Source of the DNA: Acidobacteriota bacterium | GTDB lineage: Bacteria; Acidobacteriota; UBA6911; RPQK01; JAJDTT01 | NCBI GenBank assembly: GCA_965209055.1 | Contig: OZ242374.1 | Span: 5,696,001 to 5,760,000, forward strand | Reading direction: 5' to 3' | DNA: 64,000 bases | Shown: one piece after another, positions 37,023 through 46,728 of the stretch | How positions within the stretch are numbered: position 1 is the first letter of the stretch | How the letters are laid out: each line of letters begins with the position of its first letter | Notes under the pieces: model-generated | What the model saw: only the letters and a program-made list of their open reading frames with translations | What the model was told of the DNA's origin: nothing | The model's database searches: none | Position numbers and translations under genes: made by a program

Positions 37023-39902
37023 TCAAGGCTGGTAGTGGATCCAGGCCGGGGACCCCCAGGCCATCTCTCCATCTTCCTGGATCACGCGAAGATAATAGTA
37101 GCTCTCCCCCGGCTCGGAGGCGCCGTCCGCGTACTGGAACTTCACCTCCCTCTTGTCCGGCGTCACCGAGTACACGATCCGGTTGTCCTTGATGACGTCC
37201 ACGCGGCGGATGGCCTGCGTGCCCATGAGGTCGGCCTGGAGTCGAACCGGCGCCGTAGTTCGGAACGCCTCCCCCATCAGGTGCTCCCCGTCCGAGCCGA
37301 GGAATCGGACATCCAGGATGATGTTGTCGGTGGCGGCATAGGCCCGGCGGGCGCGTATGGCCTCCAGGAGCCCCTCCGGCGTCAGCTCTTCGGCGATCAG
37401 GCAAGCGTAGCTGATATGGGTGGATAAATGGTCCGAGGAGGCGATGAATCCCAGCTTGTAGCCCTTCTCCAACGCGCTCCAGGCCGTTCCCAACCGCCGA
37501 AAGGGCCGGTTGTCCTGCTCCAGCGTGGAACTGGGCCGACCCGTCATGGGCTGGGGGGCCCCCGGGTGCTCGTAGGTCTCCCGCATTCCCTGGAAGATCT
37601 CCAGCAGATGCTCGACCTTGGGGTCGTTGTCCCGCCAGTCGGTGCCGGAACCGGTCGCCATGGTGTGCGGAATGGAGGTTCCGTTCTTGCGCCGGAGGTG
37701 CCAGAAGAGCCTCTCGGCCCCCTCCAGCCCCAGGTGCTCGGCGGTCTCGATGGGAAGGATCGAGGTTCCCCGGCGGATGAAGAAGACGTTGCGGTGGCCG
37801 TTGGGGAATTCGAGGCTGCGCTCGTATCCGTAGAAGGCGGCGAAGCTCTCCAGTTGGAAGAGGTCGGCGACCTTCTGGTTCCGCCACCAGTTGTAGGGCT
37901 CGACGATCTCGTGGTTGTGGTCCGTGACCCCCAGGAAGTCCAGCCCCGCGGCGTCCCGGGCGTATCTGTAGGCGTCCACCAGGGAGCCGTCGCCCCCGCC
38001 GTCCAGGGAGATATCGGTGTGGCGGTGCAGGTCTCCCCGGTAGATGGAATAGGTCCGGCCTCGTGAGTGAATCCGGTAGGAGCGGATTCGCTCCAGGTCG
38101 CCGGCCTCTCCGGGATGGACGGGATCGAAGGGGTCTACGGGCGGAAGCTGAAGTCGAGACAACTCCATCGGCGCCGGCCCACCGCGGCCCAAGAGGCCCA
38201 CCATGACCTGCCCGTGCACCGCCAAAAACGATTTGGTGCTCCGTTTGTCGGTGGGCCAGACCGCCCAGACGCGGCCCTCCGGGTCCAGCGCGGACGCCGG
38301 CATCATGTCGTTTCGGCCCGCGCTGTGGAAAAGCGGGGTGGGACGAGTCCACCGGGACCCGTCGTATCGCAGGCAGACGATCTCCCACAAGGGGAAGTAG
38401 CGTCCGCGGCCCTCGGACTGGCGCATCTTCAGGTGCCGGGCCAGCAGCCAGGGACGACCCGACGCATCCATCTGGAGATGGGGCATCTCCCATTTCCCCT
38501 CCCCCAGGTGGACGTCGATGTCCTGAAGCGTAGTCATCCACTTTCCGCCGTCCAGGCAAGCCACCCGCAGTGTCCGGGTCTCGTAGAGCTCCGTTCCCTT
38601 GGCCTGGCCGCTTTGATCAATGAGGCGTCCCGTGTCCTTGCCCCACTGCGGTCCCGACTCGTGCCAGGCGATCCAGGTCCGGCCCTCGCCGTCCATGGCC
38701 ACCGAGGCACCGGCCTCGAATCGAGCCGTCCCAGCCACGCTCCGGACGTCCTCCCACAGCCCCGACCGCCGCAGCCGGAGATAGACGTCGTAGCTTCCGG
38801 AAGCGTAGCCGTCCCAGGCGATGGCCAAATCACCATGGGGACCCGCGGCCACCGACGGCCACCAGTTGTTTCCCCCGGCCGCCGCACCCTCACTGATCCG
38901 AACCTCCTCGCCCCAGTATTGGCCGTCGAAGTCCTGGGCCACGATTTGGGTCAAGCCGTCGATCGTCCTCTGCCAGACCAACCAGAGCCGGCCTTCCGAA
39001 TCCGTGACCGCCCGGTGGTAGACGTCCGGGCTGGGATGTTCGGTGAGCCGGTAGCGGAATGACCATCGCTCTCCATCGAAACTGCGCGCGTAGAGATCCC
39101 AGTTTCCTTCCACCTGGGCAGACCAGATCACCCAGATCCGCCCCTTGGAATCCTCGGCCACGGCGGTGCGAAACGCGTCCATGTCCTCATCCAGCAGGTG
39201 GACCGGGCCCCAGCCCGACTCGCCCCTTGACCGGGCCACGACCAGGTCCGCCTCGCCCTCGACGTATTCCTGCCACGCGGCCCAGAGCTTGCCGGATCGC
39301 GTCGATGTCATTGAAGGATAGTCCTGGATGTCGAAGCGCTCGGCGGCCAGAGGCGAAGACGGCGGGACCGATTCCGCCAGGACGGCTCCGTCCAGAAACG
39401 TCTCGGCCTGGAAGAGCTGGATGCCGCCGGGCCGGAGACTGAACGCTCCCTTCTCCGTCTCGACCCGGATGGGCTGATCTCCCGGATTCTCCAGGACGTT
39501 GACGATGACGCTTGGATGCCGGAGAGCGCTCCTCCCCCTTCGACCCCAACTCATGCGGGTGGCCGCCACCCAAGCCAGTCCGCTCTGGATCTGGTCGTTG
39601 GGCAGTTGAGGATCGGCGTCGACCGAGTGGATGCTGTCGAGGAAGCTGTGGCGGTAGATATTGGCCCGGAACTCGTCCGGCCTCAGTTCCAGCTCCTGAC
39701 CCGGGACCGGAACGAGCCTGCCGCTCCAGACTCCGGGTTCTTCATCGAGGAGCCCCAACCGGATCCGGAAGGAGGATTCGGGGAGCAGAGATTCAGTCGA
39801 CGGCGGCGGAGAGGGGCCGCCGGGCCGGCATTGGGTCAAGCCAAGGGCCAAAACCAGCACTCCGAGGCCCGATACCGGGACCGGCACGCGTCCGAATTCC
39901 AC
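37023..39902 (-). CDS. Large lipoprotein: beta-propeller region fused to a PHP-like (DUF3604-type) metallohydrolase domain
   Basis: GTG 39902 after GGAGGA; lipobox LTQC; repeated P....D..GR.W..W blades; C-terminal GDLHRHT, VTDH, GYE, GHRN, PHT, EIFQ, IASSDH, YYYLRV..WGSP.W. Confidence 0.85.
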   Translation of the reverse strand: MEFGRVPVPVSGLGVLVLALGLTQCRPGGPSPPPSTESLLPESSFRIRLGLLDEEPGVWSGRLVPVPGQELELRPDEFRANIYRHSFLDSIHSVDADPQLPNDQIQSGLAWVAATRMSWGRRGRSALRHPSVIVNVLENPGDQPIRVETEKGAFSLRPGGIQLFQAETFLDGAVLAESVPPSSPLAAERFDIQDYPSMTSTRSGKLWAAWQEYVEGEADLVVARSRGESGWGPVHLLDEDMDAFRTAVAEDSKGRIWVIWSAQVEGNWDLYARSFDGERWSFRYRLTEHPSPDVYHRAVTDSEGRLWLVWQRTIDGLTQIVAQDFDGQYWGEEVRISEGAAAGGNNWWPSVAAGPHGDLAIAWDGYASGSYDVYLRLRRSGLWEDVRSVAGTARFEAGASVAMDGEGRTWIAWHESGPQWGKDTGRLIDQSGQAKGTELYETRTLRVACLDGGKWMTTLQDIDVHLGEGKWEMPHLQMDASGRPWLLARHLKMRQSEGRGRYFPLWEIVCLRYDGSRWTRPTPLFHSAGRNDMMPASALDPEGRVWAVWPTDKRSTKSFLAVHGQVMVGLLGRGGPAPMELSRLQLPPVDPFDPVHPGEAGDLERIRSYRIHSRGRTYSIYRGDLHRHTDISLDGGGDGSLVDAYRYARDAAGLDFLGVTDHNHEIVEPYNWWRNQKVADLFQLESFAAFYGYERSLEFPNGHRNVFFIRRGTSILPIETAEHLGLEGAERLFWHLRRKNGTSIPHTMATGSGTDWRDNDPKVEHLLEIFQGMRETYEHPGAPQPMTGRPSSTLEQDNRPFRRLGTAWSALEKGYKLGFIASSDHLSTHISYACLIAEELTPEGLLEAIRARRAYAATDNIILDVRFLGSDGEHLMGEAFRTTAPVRLQADLMGTQAIRRVDVIKDNRIVYSVTPDKREVKFQYADGASEPGESYYYLRVIQEDGEMAWGSPAWIHYQP

Positions 39903-40032
39903 TGAAGATCCTCCGAAAATGATGGTGATCCGGCCAGTCTCAACAATAACAGCCGAGTGGGACTGTCCAGCGGGTCGGAGACCGAACCGATGTTCAGAAC
40001 GCTTTCTTGTCCCGGCACCCGCCACACGGGAT

Positions 40033-41532
40033 TCAGTGAAACCGGAATGCGTACAGATGGGCGTCGCGGAGACGAATCCGCAGGCGAACCCGAAGGCCGG
40101 CGAAGCGGGCGAGGTCAACCCCGGGCTCCCACCGCACGATTCCCCCGGTTCGATCTCCGGCGATCCGAGGGCAATCCTTCATTCCCACACCCGGGAGCGG
40201 AGTTCCGGTTTCGTCCTGGAGCTCGACCCGAAGGCCGCCCCCTGCGCTGGTGCTGTAGTTGAGCTCCAGCCGGGCGCCCCTGAACACGATGGGCCGGGTC
40301 GTGAATTCACCCCATCCTTCATAGGGGCCTTCCACCGACACGAAGCCGTCGCTCCGCAGCGAGCACCGCCGGAGCCGGCATTCCGGCGAGCGGTACAGCT
40401 CCGTGTAGTACATGGAGATCTCGTCGGCCCCGGTGGGCACCACCCCCTGCCCCATGATGGGATTCCGGTCCACCCAATTGCGTTGGTCGAGACCCGGGCT
40501 CAGGAAAGGCTTCCGGAGCGGCCGCCGCCAATGCAGTCCGTCCCGGCTGGTGGCCAATTGAATGTCGGAGAGGCCGGTTTGATAAGGCAGGCTCTTGTCG
40601 TCCCTGACGTAGAACACCATGGGGAACATGAGAAAACTGCGGGCCGACCGGAAATAATTGACGGCGGCGTTGGTGTAGTGATGAAGGTTGGCGGGATCCT
40701 TCCGGTCCCGGGCCAACACCAGTTCCGGCTCCGACCAGTGGAGGAAATCCCGGGACTCGCAGCGCCGAATCGCTCGGCGGCCGCCTTGGAAACGGGACTT
40801 GTCCACTTCGGGCCGATTGTGGACATAACGCCGTCCTACGCGATCCCACATCACCGGACCTCCGGTCGACGTGTCGACGCCGCGCATGTAGATGACGTAG
40901 CGCCCGTGTTCATCGTCCCACAGCAGGGTGTTGTGGCTGTCGAAGGGCCCCGAGGTGACCAGGGGAGTCTCCCGCACCGGCTTCCAACCGATACCGTCCG
41001 AAGAGACATAACCGCGAAGCCCGCCGGAAGAGGCGATCATCTTGTAGCGTCCGGGACTTCCCGGCGGCTCGTTGGGATCCAGGATCTGGCTGGCGTTGTG
41101 CAGCTCGGCGCCTCCCAGGATGTTGTTGCCCCGGGAACCCTGGAAAGGGTGGAGGCCCAGGTTCGGTTTGGTCCAGCGGATGCCGTCGCCGCTTTCCGCA
41201 TAGCAGGTTCGGCGCCCCGCCCGGTAGCACATCTGATAGCGGCCGCCCGAGTGGACGACGGAGCTGTAGTGGATGCCTTCCGCTTCCCAGGGCCGGTCGC
41301 TCTCCAGCGCCGTTTCGCGGGGAACGGGACGGTGCAGCGCAAGTTCTATATTGCGTGTCGAATCGAACCAGAAGTCGTCCAGAAACAACTGCCGCCGCGA
41401 TCCGACGTCGACGGGTCCGGAGCGGTCGGGGACGGCGCTCCGGCCGGGCAGGAAAGCCCCTGCTCCCAGCGTCAGGCCGCCGACGCCCGCAGACTTGAGC
41501 CAGTCGCGGCGGGTCTCTCGACGCTTGCTCAT
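40033..41532 (-). CDS. Uncharacterised Tat-exported propeller + beta-sandwich protein (paralogue E)
   Basis: TRRDWLK Tat motif; RQLFLDD, DRPWE, CYAESGDGIRWTKPNLG, PFDSHN, SRDFLHWS, SRDGLHW, LRSDGFVSV, FAGLRVRLRIRLRDAHLYAF. Start ATG 41532. Confidence 0.85.
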   Translation of the reverse strand: MSKRRETRRDWLKSAGVGGLTLGAGAFLPGRSAVPDRSGPVDVGSRRQLFLDDFWFDSTRNIELALHRPVPRETALESDRPWEAEGIHYSSVVHSGGRYQMCYRAGRRTCYAESGDGIRWTKPNLGLHPFQGSRGNNILGGAELHNASQILDPNEPPGSPGRYKMIASSGGLRGYVSSDGIGWKPVRETPLVTSGPFDSHNTLLWDDEHGRYVIYMRGVDTSTGGPVMWDRVGRRYVHNRPEVDKSRFQGGRRAIRRCESRDFLHWSEPELVLARDRKDPANLHHYTNAAVNYFRSARSFLMFPMVFYVRDDKSLPYQTGLSDIQLATSRDGLHWRRPLRKPFLSPGLDQRNWVDRNPIMGQGVVPTGADEISMYYTELYRSPECRLRRCSLRSDGFVSVEGPYEGWGEFTTRPIVFRGARLELNYSTSAGGGLRVELQDETGTPLPGVGMKDCPRIAGDRTGGIVRWEPGVDLARFAGLRVRLRIRLRDAHLYAFRFH

Positions 41533-41732
41533 GAGATCCGGATCTTCCTTGTCTTGGGAGCCATTGCCCCAGCCGGCCCGATTGCGATCGCGAGGGGGCT
41601 GATACACCAAAGTGACGGGAGAGGTGGCAGCTTACTATGGGTTGATGGTGCTGGGCGAGCCGGCCCGCTGCCTTTCGTTTTCGAATCGTCAGCCTATACT
41701 CGATCCGGTCCGTACCGCACGAGGAGAATCGA

Positions 41733-42755
41733 ATGTCGAGATGGAATCCATTCCTGCTGTTGCTCCCGGCCGTATCCTTGGCCGCCGGCTGCGGGCCGCC
41801 GGGGGCCCGACTGGTCTCGGTCCAAAAGATCTGGGACCGGGCTCCCCATAGCGCCTTCACCGATCTGGTCCGCTTCCAGGACCGTTGGTTCTGCACTTTT
41901 CGGGAAGGAGAGAGTCACGTTTCCTCCGATGGAACCATCCGGATCATCACCTCGGCGGACGGGGAAACGTGGTCCTCTGTCGCCCACTTTCCCCGAGAAC
42001 CGGGACAGGATCTGAGGGACCCCAAGCTGGAGGTGACCCCGGACGGGCGTCTCATGGCGCTGGCGCTGGACCGGCGGGACCTGGCCGAGGACCACCTGGA
42101 GTTTTACTCGCTGGTCTGGTTTTCCCGGGACGGGACAGAATGGAGCACCCCTCAGCGGGTTGGCGAGCCCGACTTCCTGCTCTGGCGGGTCACTTGGCAT
42201 GAAGGGACGGCCTACGGCGGAGCCTACGCCGATCACCGGGCCGCCGGCCACCGCCCCAGCCAGGACGAGTTCGTCCGGCTCTACAAGAGCGAAGACGGAC
42301 TCCGATTCGAGACCCTGGTGCCCGTCCTTTTCGATCGCGGGTCTCCCAACGAAACCGCCATCGTGTTCCGGGACGATGGAACCGCTGTCTGCCTTCTGCG
42401 GCGCGACGGGGAGGACAACACCGCCCAGATCGGAACCTCGCAGCCGCCGTACACACAATGGAATTGGAAGGATCTCAACGTGGTCATCGGCGGTCCCGAC
42501 CTCCTGGTCCTGCCGGATGGCCGCCTGGTGGCGTCGGGCCGCCAGCACCTTCCCGGCGGCGAGCGCCGGACCCTCCTCTGGTGGATGGACCCGGAGGCAG
42601 CGACGGCAACCGAGATCCTGGAGTTGCCATCGGGGGGAGACACCAGCTACGCCGGAATGGTCCGGCACCAGGGGCTTCTCTGGATCAGCTACTACTCGTC
42701 CCACGAAGACAAGACCAGCATCTACCTGGCCAAGGTGGCCCTGCCCGGCGTGTGA
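41733..42755 (+). CDS. Exo-alpha-sialidase-like BNR propeller lipoprotein
   Basis: Lipobox AAGC; HSAFTDL..FREG..H; Asp-box-like SADGETW, SRDGTEW, SEDGLRF; DLRDPKL, GGDTSYAG, SYYSSH. Confidence 0.85.
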   Translation: MSRWNPFLLLLPAVSLAAGCGPPGARLVSVQKIWDRAPHSAFTDLVRFQDRWFCTFREGESHVSSDGTIRIITSADGETWSSVAHFPREPGQDLRDPKLEVTPDGRLMALALDRRDLAEDHLEFYSLVWFSRDGTEWSTPQRVGEPDFLLWRVTWHEGTAYGGAYADHRAAGHRPSQDEFVRLYKSEDGLRFETLVPVLFDRGSPNETAIVFRDDGTAVCLLRRDGEDNTAQIGTSQPPYTQWNWKDLNVVIGGPDLLVLPDGRLVASGRQHLPGGERRTLLWWMDPEAATATEILELPSGGDTSYAGMVRHQGLLWISYYSSHEDKTSIYLAKVALPGV

Positions 42756-42770
42756 GTCGGCACTCCCGGC

Positions 42771-44234
42771 CTACCGGAACTTAAACGAATAGAGATCCGC
42801 ATCGTTCATGACGAAACGCAGCCGCACCGGCTTCCCGGCGATCCGGCTGAGGTCGCTGCCCCCCTTCCAGGAGACCACTCGCTCGATCTGGTCTCCGATG
42901 ATCCGGACGGCGTCGTCCGCCGAGAAACCGGCGATGGGATTTCCGCCGGAGTCCTGAATTTCGACCCGGAGGCTACCGGCCGCCGAGGTGGCGTAGTTGA
43001 TCACCAGCACGCTGCCGCTGAACCGGAGGGTCCTGGTGATCATCTCGGCCCCCTCGTAGGGGGCATGGACCGACGAAAAGCCATCCGTCCGCAACACCAT
43101 CCGCTCCAGCCGGGCGTTGGTCTGGCCGTAGTCCCGCTGGACGTAGAAGGACATCTCCGCCGGTCCGGTGGGAACCACTCCCAGCGCCGGGTAGTTGGTG
43201 CGCGAGGTCCAGTTGGTGAGGCCGATGCCGGGACGGACGAGGCTCTCCCGGAAGGTGAAATCATAGATGGTGGTGCCGGCGCGGCTGGTCAGGAGAACCC
43301 CATCCGCGATGTCCCGGACTCTCCAGTCCGGATCGCGCGGAAAGCCCGGGTCCGGGCCCAGTTCCGCCGTCTGGGCCTCGTCCAGGACCCGGCGGCCGGC
43401 TTGAAAACGGCCCGGCAAGGCCACGTAGATGTGGGGCGCCCGAAAGTACGGGTGGGTCTGATTGGTATAGAGATGCTGTGACGGAACCGTAGCGCCCGTA
43501 TCGCTATAGGTCATGAGCACGGGATCGGTCCAGTGGAGGAAGTCCCGGGAAGTGGAGCGCGCCACGGCCCGGCGCCCTCCGACGGCGTGCCGGGAGTAGA
43601 GGACGTAGCGCCCCTCCGCCTCCGACCAGAACATCACGTTTTGGGAGTCGAAGTGGTTCCTCAGCTTCCTGGGGACGATCGCTTCCTCGCGGACCAGCTT
43701 CCAACGAATGCCGTCAGCGGAGACGTAGCCGAGCAGTCCTCCCTTGGCTTCCATGTTCGCCTTGTAACGCTCCGCCGCCGGCACGCCCGGGCGGCCGTCG
43801 ATGAAGGGGCAGAACTGGCGTCCCGAATCCAGGATCACGTTGTTCTCGCGGCTCCCCTGAATCTGGAACAGACCCAAAGCAGGACGGGTCCAACGAATCC
43901 CGTCCCGGCTCTCGGCGTAGCAGGTGTTGGACTGAGCTCCCAGGCCACAGCGGTAGTACATGCGGTAGGTATCGCCGTCCGTGAGGATGGTGGTGTAGAA
44001 GGAGTACCAGTCCTCCCACGGTTTTTCATACGAGATGGCGACGCCTCCGGGCCGGGGAACGTGCAGTTTCAGGCGGGTTCCCCGGAGCTGTCCGATCAGG
44101 TGGTAGTCGACGAAGAGCTCCCGCCGGGAGCCGATGTCCAACGAGGCGTCGAAAACGGACTTCCCCCAAGCGGTTCCCGCCAAAGGAGCCGACAACAGGA
44201 ACGCCATTCCCAGAACCAACACTCTCCATCTCAT
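42771..44234 (-). CDS. Uncharacterised secreted propeller + beta-sandwich protein (paralogue F)
   Basis: IGSRRELFVD, KPWE, CYAESRDGIRWTRPALG, HFDSQN, HLYTNQTHPYFRAPHIY, NWTSRTNYP, LRTDGF, IAGKPVRLRFVMNDADLYS. Start ATG 44234. Confidence 0.87.
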   Translation of the reverse strand: MRWRVLVLGMAFLLSAPLAGTAWGKSVFDASLDIGSRRELFVDYHLIGQLRGTRLKLHVPRPGGVAISYEKPWEDWYSFYTTILTDGDTYRMYYRCGLGAQSNTCYAESRDGIRWTRPALGLFQIQGSRENNVILDSGRQFCPFIDGRPGVPAAERYKANMEAKGGLLGYVSADGIRWKLVREEAIVPRKLRNHFDSQNVMFWSEAEGRYVLYSRHAVGGRRAVARSTSRDFLHWTDPVLMTYSDTGATVPSQHLYTNQTHPYFRAPHIYVALPGRFQAGRRVLDEAQTAELGPDPGFPRDPDWRVRDIADGVLLTSRAGTTIYDFTFRESLVRPGIGLTNWTSRTNYPALGVVPTGPAEMSFYVQRDYGQTNARLERMVLRTDGFSSVHAPYEGAEMITRTLRFSGSVLVINYATSAAGSLRVEIQDSGGNPIAGFSADDAVRIIGDQIERVVSWKGGSDLSRIAGKPVRLRFVMNDADLYSFKFR

Positions 44235-44504
44235 GATCGAACCTCCATTTCCGCGTCTGCTGCAGCTTTGCCGCGCTGCCCCCGCATCACCGCGGGCGGG
44301 CCGGATCCCAGAGATTACAGGTCTCCGTCCGGAATCACCATACTCGGCTGGACCACTCCCCCGCTTCTTGTGCTCCGGAAAAACGGACTGTCCCTTCGTG
44401 GGAGAGTGCTCCCCAAAAAGCGGCCACTTTTCTTGCGCCGCCGGAATACGGCCTGTTCTAATGCCGAGTCTTACAATAAGCGCTTTTCGGAAGAGGAAAC
44501 CGAA

Positions 44505-45407
44505 ATGACAATTCCCTGGCTCCTGCTGGCGAGCTTCGCGGCGTGCACTTCGACCTTGGCAGGTGCCTGGACCCCGCCGGCGCCGACCCACGCCGACGTG
44601 GCCTACGGACCGCAAGCGCGCAACCGGCTGGATTTCTGGAAGGCGGAGGGCCAGGGTCCCCGCCCCCTCCTGGTCTTCATTCACGGCGGAGGTTGGACCG
44701 GCGGCGACAAGACCCGGCACTTGTCGGATTTCCGGCCTTACCTCAAGAAGGGCATCTCCTACGCCGCCGTCAACTACCGCCTGACCCCCGGGTCCCCCCT
44801 TCCGGCTCCGGTTCACGATGCGGCCCGGGCCATCCGGTTTCTGCGCTGGAAGGCCTCGGAGTGGAACCTCGACAAGCGTCGCATCGCTTTGACCGGAAGC
44901 AGCGCGGGAGCGTGCACCTCCACGTGGCTCCTGCTGCACGACGATCTGGCGGACCCCAACGCCGCCGACCCCGTGCTCCGCGAGTCGACTCGCGTGACGG
45001 CGGCGGCAGTTCACGGCGGACAGACCTCCATCGACCCCAAGGTGATCGAGCCCTGGTTGGGACCGAACGTCCTGAAGCATCGCATGATCAATATGGCGGT
45101 GGGCGAGAAGACCATCGAAGCGGCCCTGGCCAACTACGAGAAACACCGGCCCCTATACATCGAGTTCTCGCCCTACAATCATCTGACCGCCGACGATCCC
45201 CCGCTGCTGATGACGTATGGAAACAACATGACGCTCCCCTCGGAGGACGCGGGGCACGGGATCCACCACCCCGTCTACGGGATCAAGGTGAAGGAGAAGT
45301 CGGACCGTCTGGGACACGAGTGCCACTTGCTCATCGAAGGGGTATCGAAGTCGCCCCGGTACACGAACGCAATGGAGTTCTTGATGGCGAAGCTGCTGGG
45401 AGAATGA
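44505..45407 (+). CDS. Secreted alpha/beta hydrolase (HSL-type esterase, BD-FAE-like)
   Basis: Signal peptide; FIHGGGW..GDK, VNYRL, VHDAARA, GSSAG, IHHP. Confidence 0.9.
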   Translation: MTIPWLLLASFAACTSTLAGAWTPPAPTHADVAYGPQARNRLDFWKAEGQGPRPLLVFIHGGGWTGGDKTRHLSDFRPYLKKGISYAAVNYRLTPGSPLPAPVHDAARAIRFLRWKASEWNLDKRRIALTGSSAGACTSTWLLLHDDLADPNAADPVLRESTRVTAAAVHGGQTSIDPKVIEPWLGPNVLKHRMINMAVGEKTIEAALANYEKHRPLYIEFSPYNHLTADDPPLLMTYGNNMTLPSEDAGHGIHHPVYGIKVKEKSDRLGHECHLLIEGVSKSPRYTNAMEFLMAKLLGE

Positions 45408-45450
45408 ATCGCAGATTCCGGGTCTGATTCGAAACGAAGGTGAAACCGCC

Positions 45451-46677
45451 ATGAGGAGCGCAGACGGCAACGGCTCTTCCTTGTCGCACTTGATCGGCTC
45501 CCGCAAACCCGGACTCACCCTGGAGCAGCCGTTTTACAACTCACCGCGGATCTTCGAGCTGGACATGGAGCGGATCCACCTGCGCCATTGGCAGATCGTG
45601 GGACACGTGAGCCGGCTGCCGGCCGCTGGCGACTATTTCCTCTACTCTCTGGGCGGAGAGTCGGTGGTGATCGTCCGGGACCGGAACGACGAGATCCGCG
45701 CCCTGCTCAATGTCTGCCGGCATCGCGGATCCAGGATCTGCCTGGAGGAGAAGGGTTCGGTCAAGCGCTTCGTCTGTCCTTACCACTCCTGGACCTACGG
45801 ATTGGACGGGTCCCTGCTCTCCGCCCGGCACATGCCCGACTGCTTCGATCGCAAGGATTTTCCCCTGCACCGTTGCCATGTCCGCGTTGTTGAAGGACTG
45901 ATCTTCATCTGCCTGGCCGAGGCGCCCCCGCCGTTCGATCCCCTCGCCCGGGACATCTCGAACCTCTTTTCTCCCCATGGATGGCCGGCAGCCAAGATCT
46001 GCTCGCGAGTCAGCCACGTCATCCGCGCCAACTGGAAGCTGGTGGCCGAGAACTTCTTCGAGTGCTACCACTGCCTTCACACGCATCCCGAGCTGACCTC
46101 CGTCATGAGCTACGTGCGGGCCGGCGAATCGAAGCGCTTCGGCGAGGAGCTGGACCGCTACACCTCCCGGTGGAAGAAGGAGATCTGCCGGACGGATCAC
46201 GATCCGGAGCCGTTCGACCGAGACACGGGAATCCAGCAGCACGGGGGCCGCCGACCCATCCGTCCGGGGTTTCTGACCCAAAGCCGGAACGGGGAACCCC
46301 TGGCTCCCCTCATGGGGGACTACGACGCCTACGACGGGGGGATCTCCTCCATCATGTTCTTTCCCATCAACTGGCTCGTCGCCACCAACGACTACGGAAT
46401 GGCGACCCGGTTCACGCCCCTCTCCGCCCAGGAGACCGAGGTGGAGCTCACCTGGCTCGTGCATCCGGACGCCGTCGAGGGCGTCGACTACGATCCGGAC
46501 GAGGTGACCTGGCTGTGGCTCAAGACGTTGGAAGAGGACAAGGAGATCTGCGAGAACAACCAGGCCGGCGTCAACAGCCGCTACTACCGTCCGGGAATCT
46601 ACAGTACCGCCGAGGAGACGGTGGACCGGTTCTGCCAGTGGTACCTGGAGGAGTTGGGCGCGAATTCCCCAAGCTGA
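45451..46677 (+). CDS. Rieske non-heme iron oxygenase alpha subunit (glycine betaine/stachydrine demethylase GbcA-like)
   Basis: NVCRHRG...CPYHSW Rieske motif; NWK..ENFFECYHC..THP and EDKEICE iron site; WLVHPDAVEGVDYD typical of GbcA/Stc2-like enzymes. Confidence 0.9.
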   Translation: MRSADGNGSSLSHLIGSRKPGLTLEQPFYNSPRIFELDMERIHLRHWQIVGHVSRLPAAGDYFLYSLGGESVVIVRDRNDEIRALLNVCRHRGSRICLEEKGSVKRFVCPYHSWTYGLDGSLLSARHMPDCFDRKDFPLHRCHVRVVEGLIFICLAEAPPPFDPLARDISNLFSPHGWPAAKICSRVSHVIRANWKLVAENFFECYHCLHTHPELTSVMSYVRAGESKRFGEELDRYTSRWKKEICRTDHDPEPFDRDTGIQQHGGRRPIRPGFLTQSRNGEPLAPLMGDYDAYDGGISSIMFFPINWLVATNDYGMATRFTPLSAQETEVELTWLVHPDAVEGVDYDPDEVTWLWLKTLEEDKEICENNQAGVNSRYYRPGIYSTAEETVDRFCQWYLEELGANSPS

Positions 46678-46728
46678 GGAACAAGGACCAAGAGCGCACC
46701 CGTCCGGGGACAGACGCTCTCCGAATAC

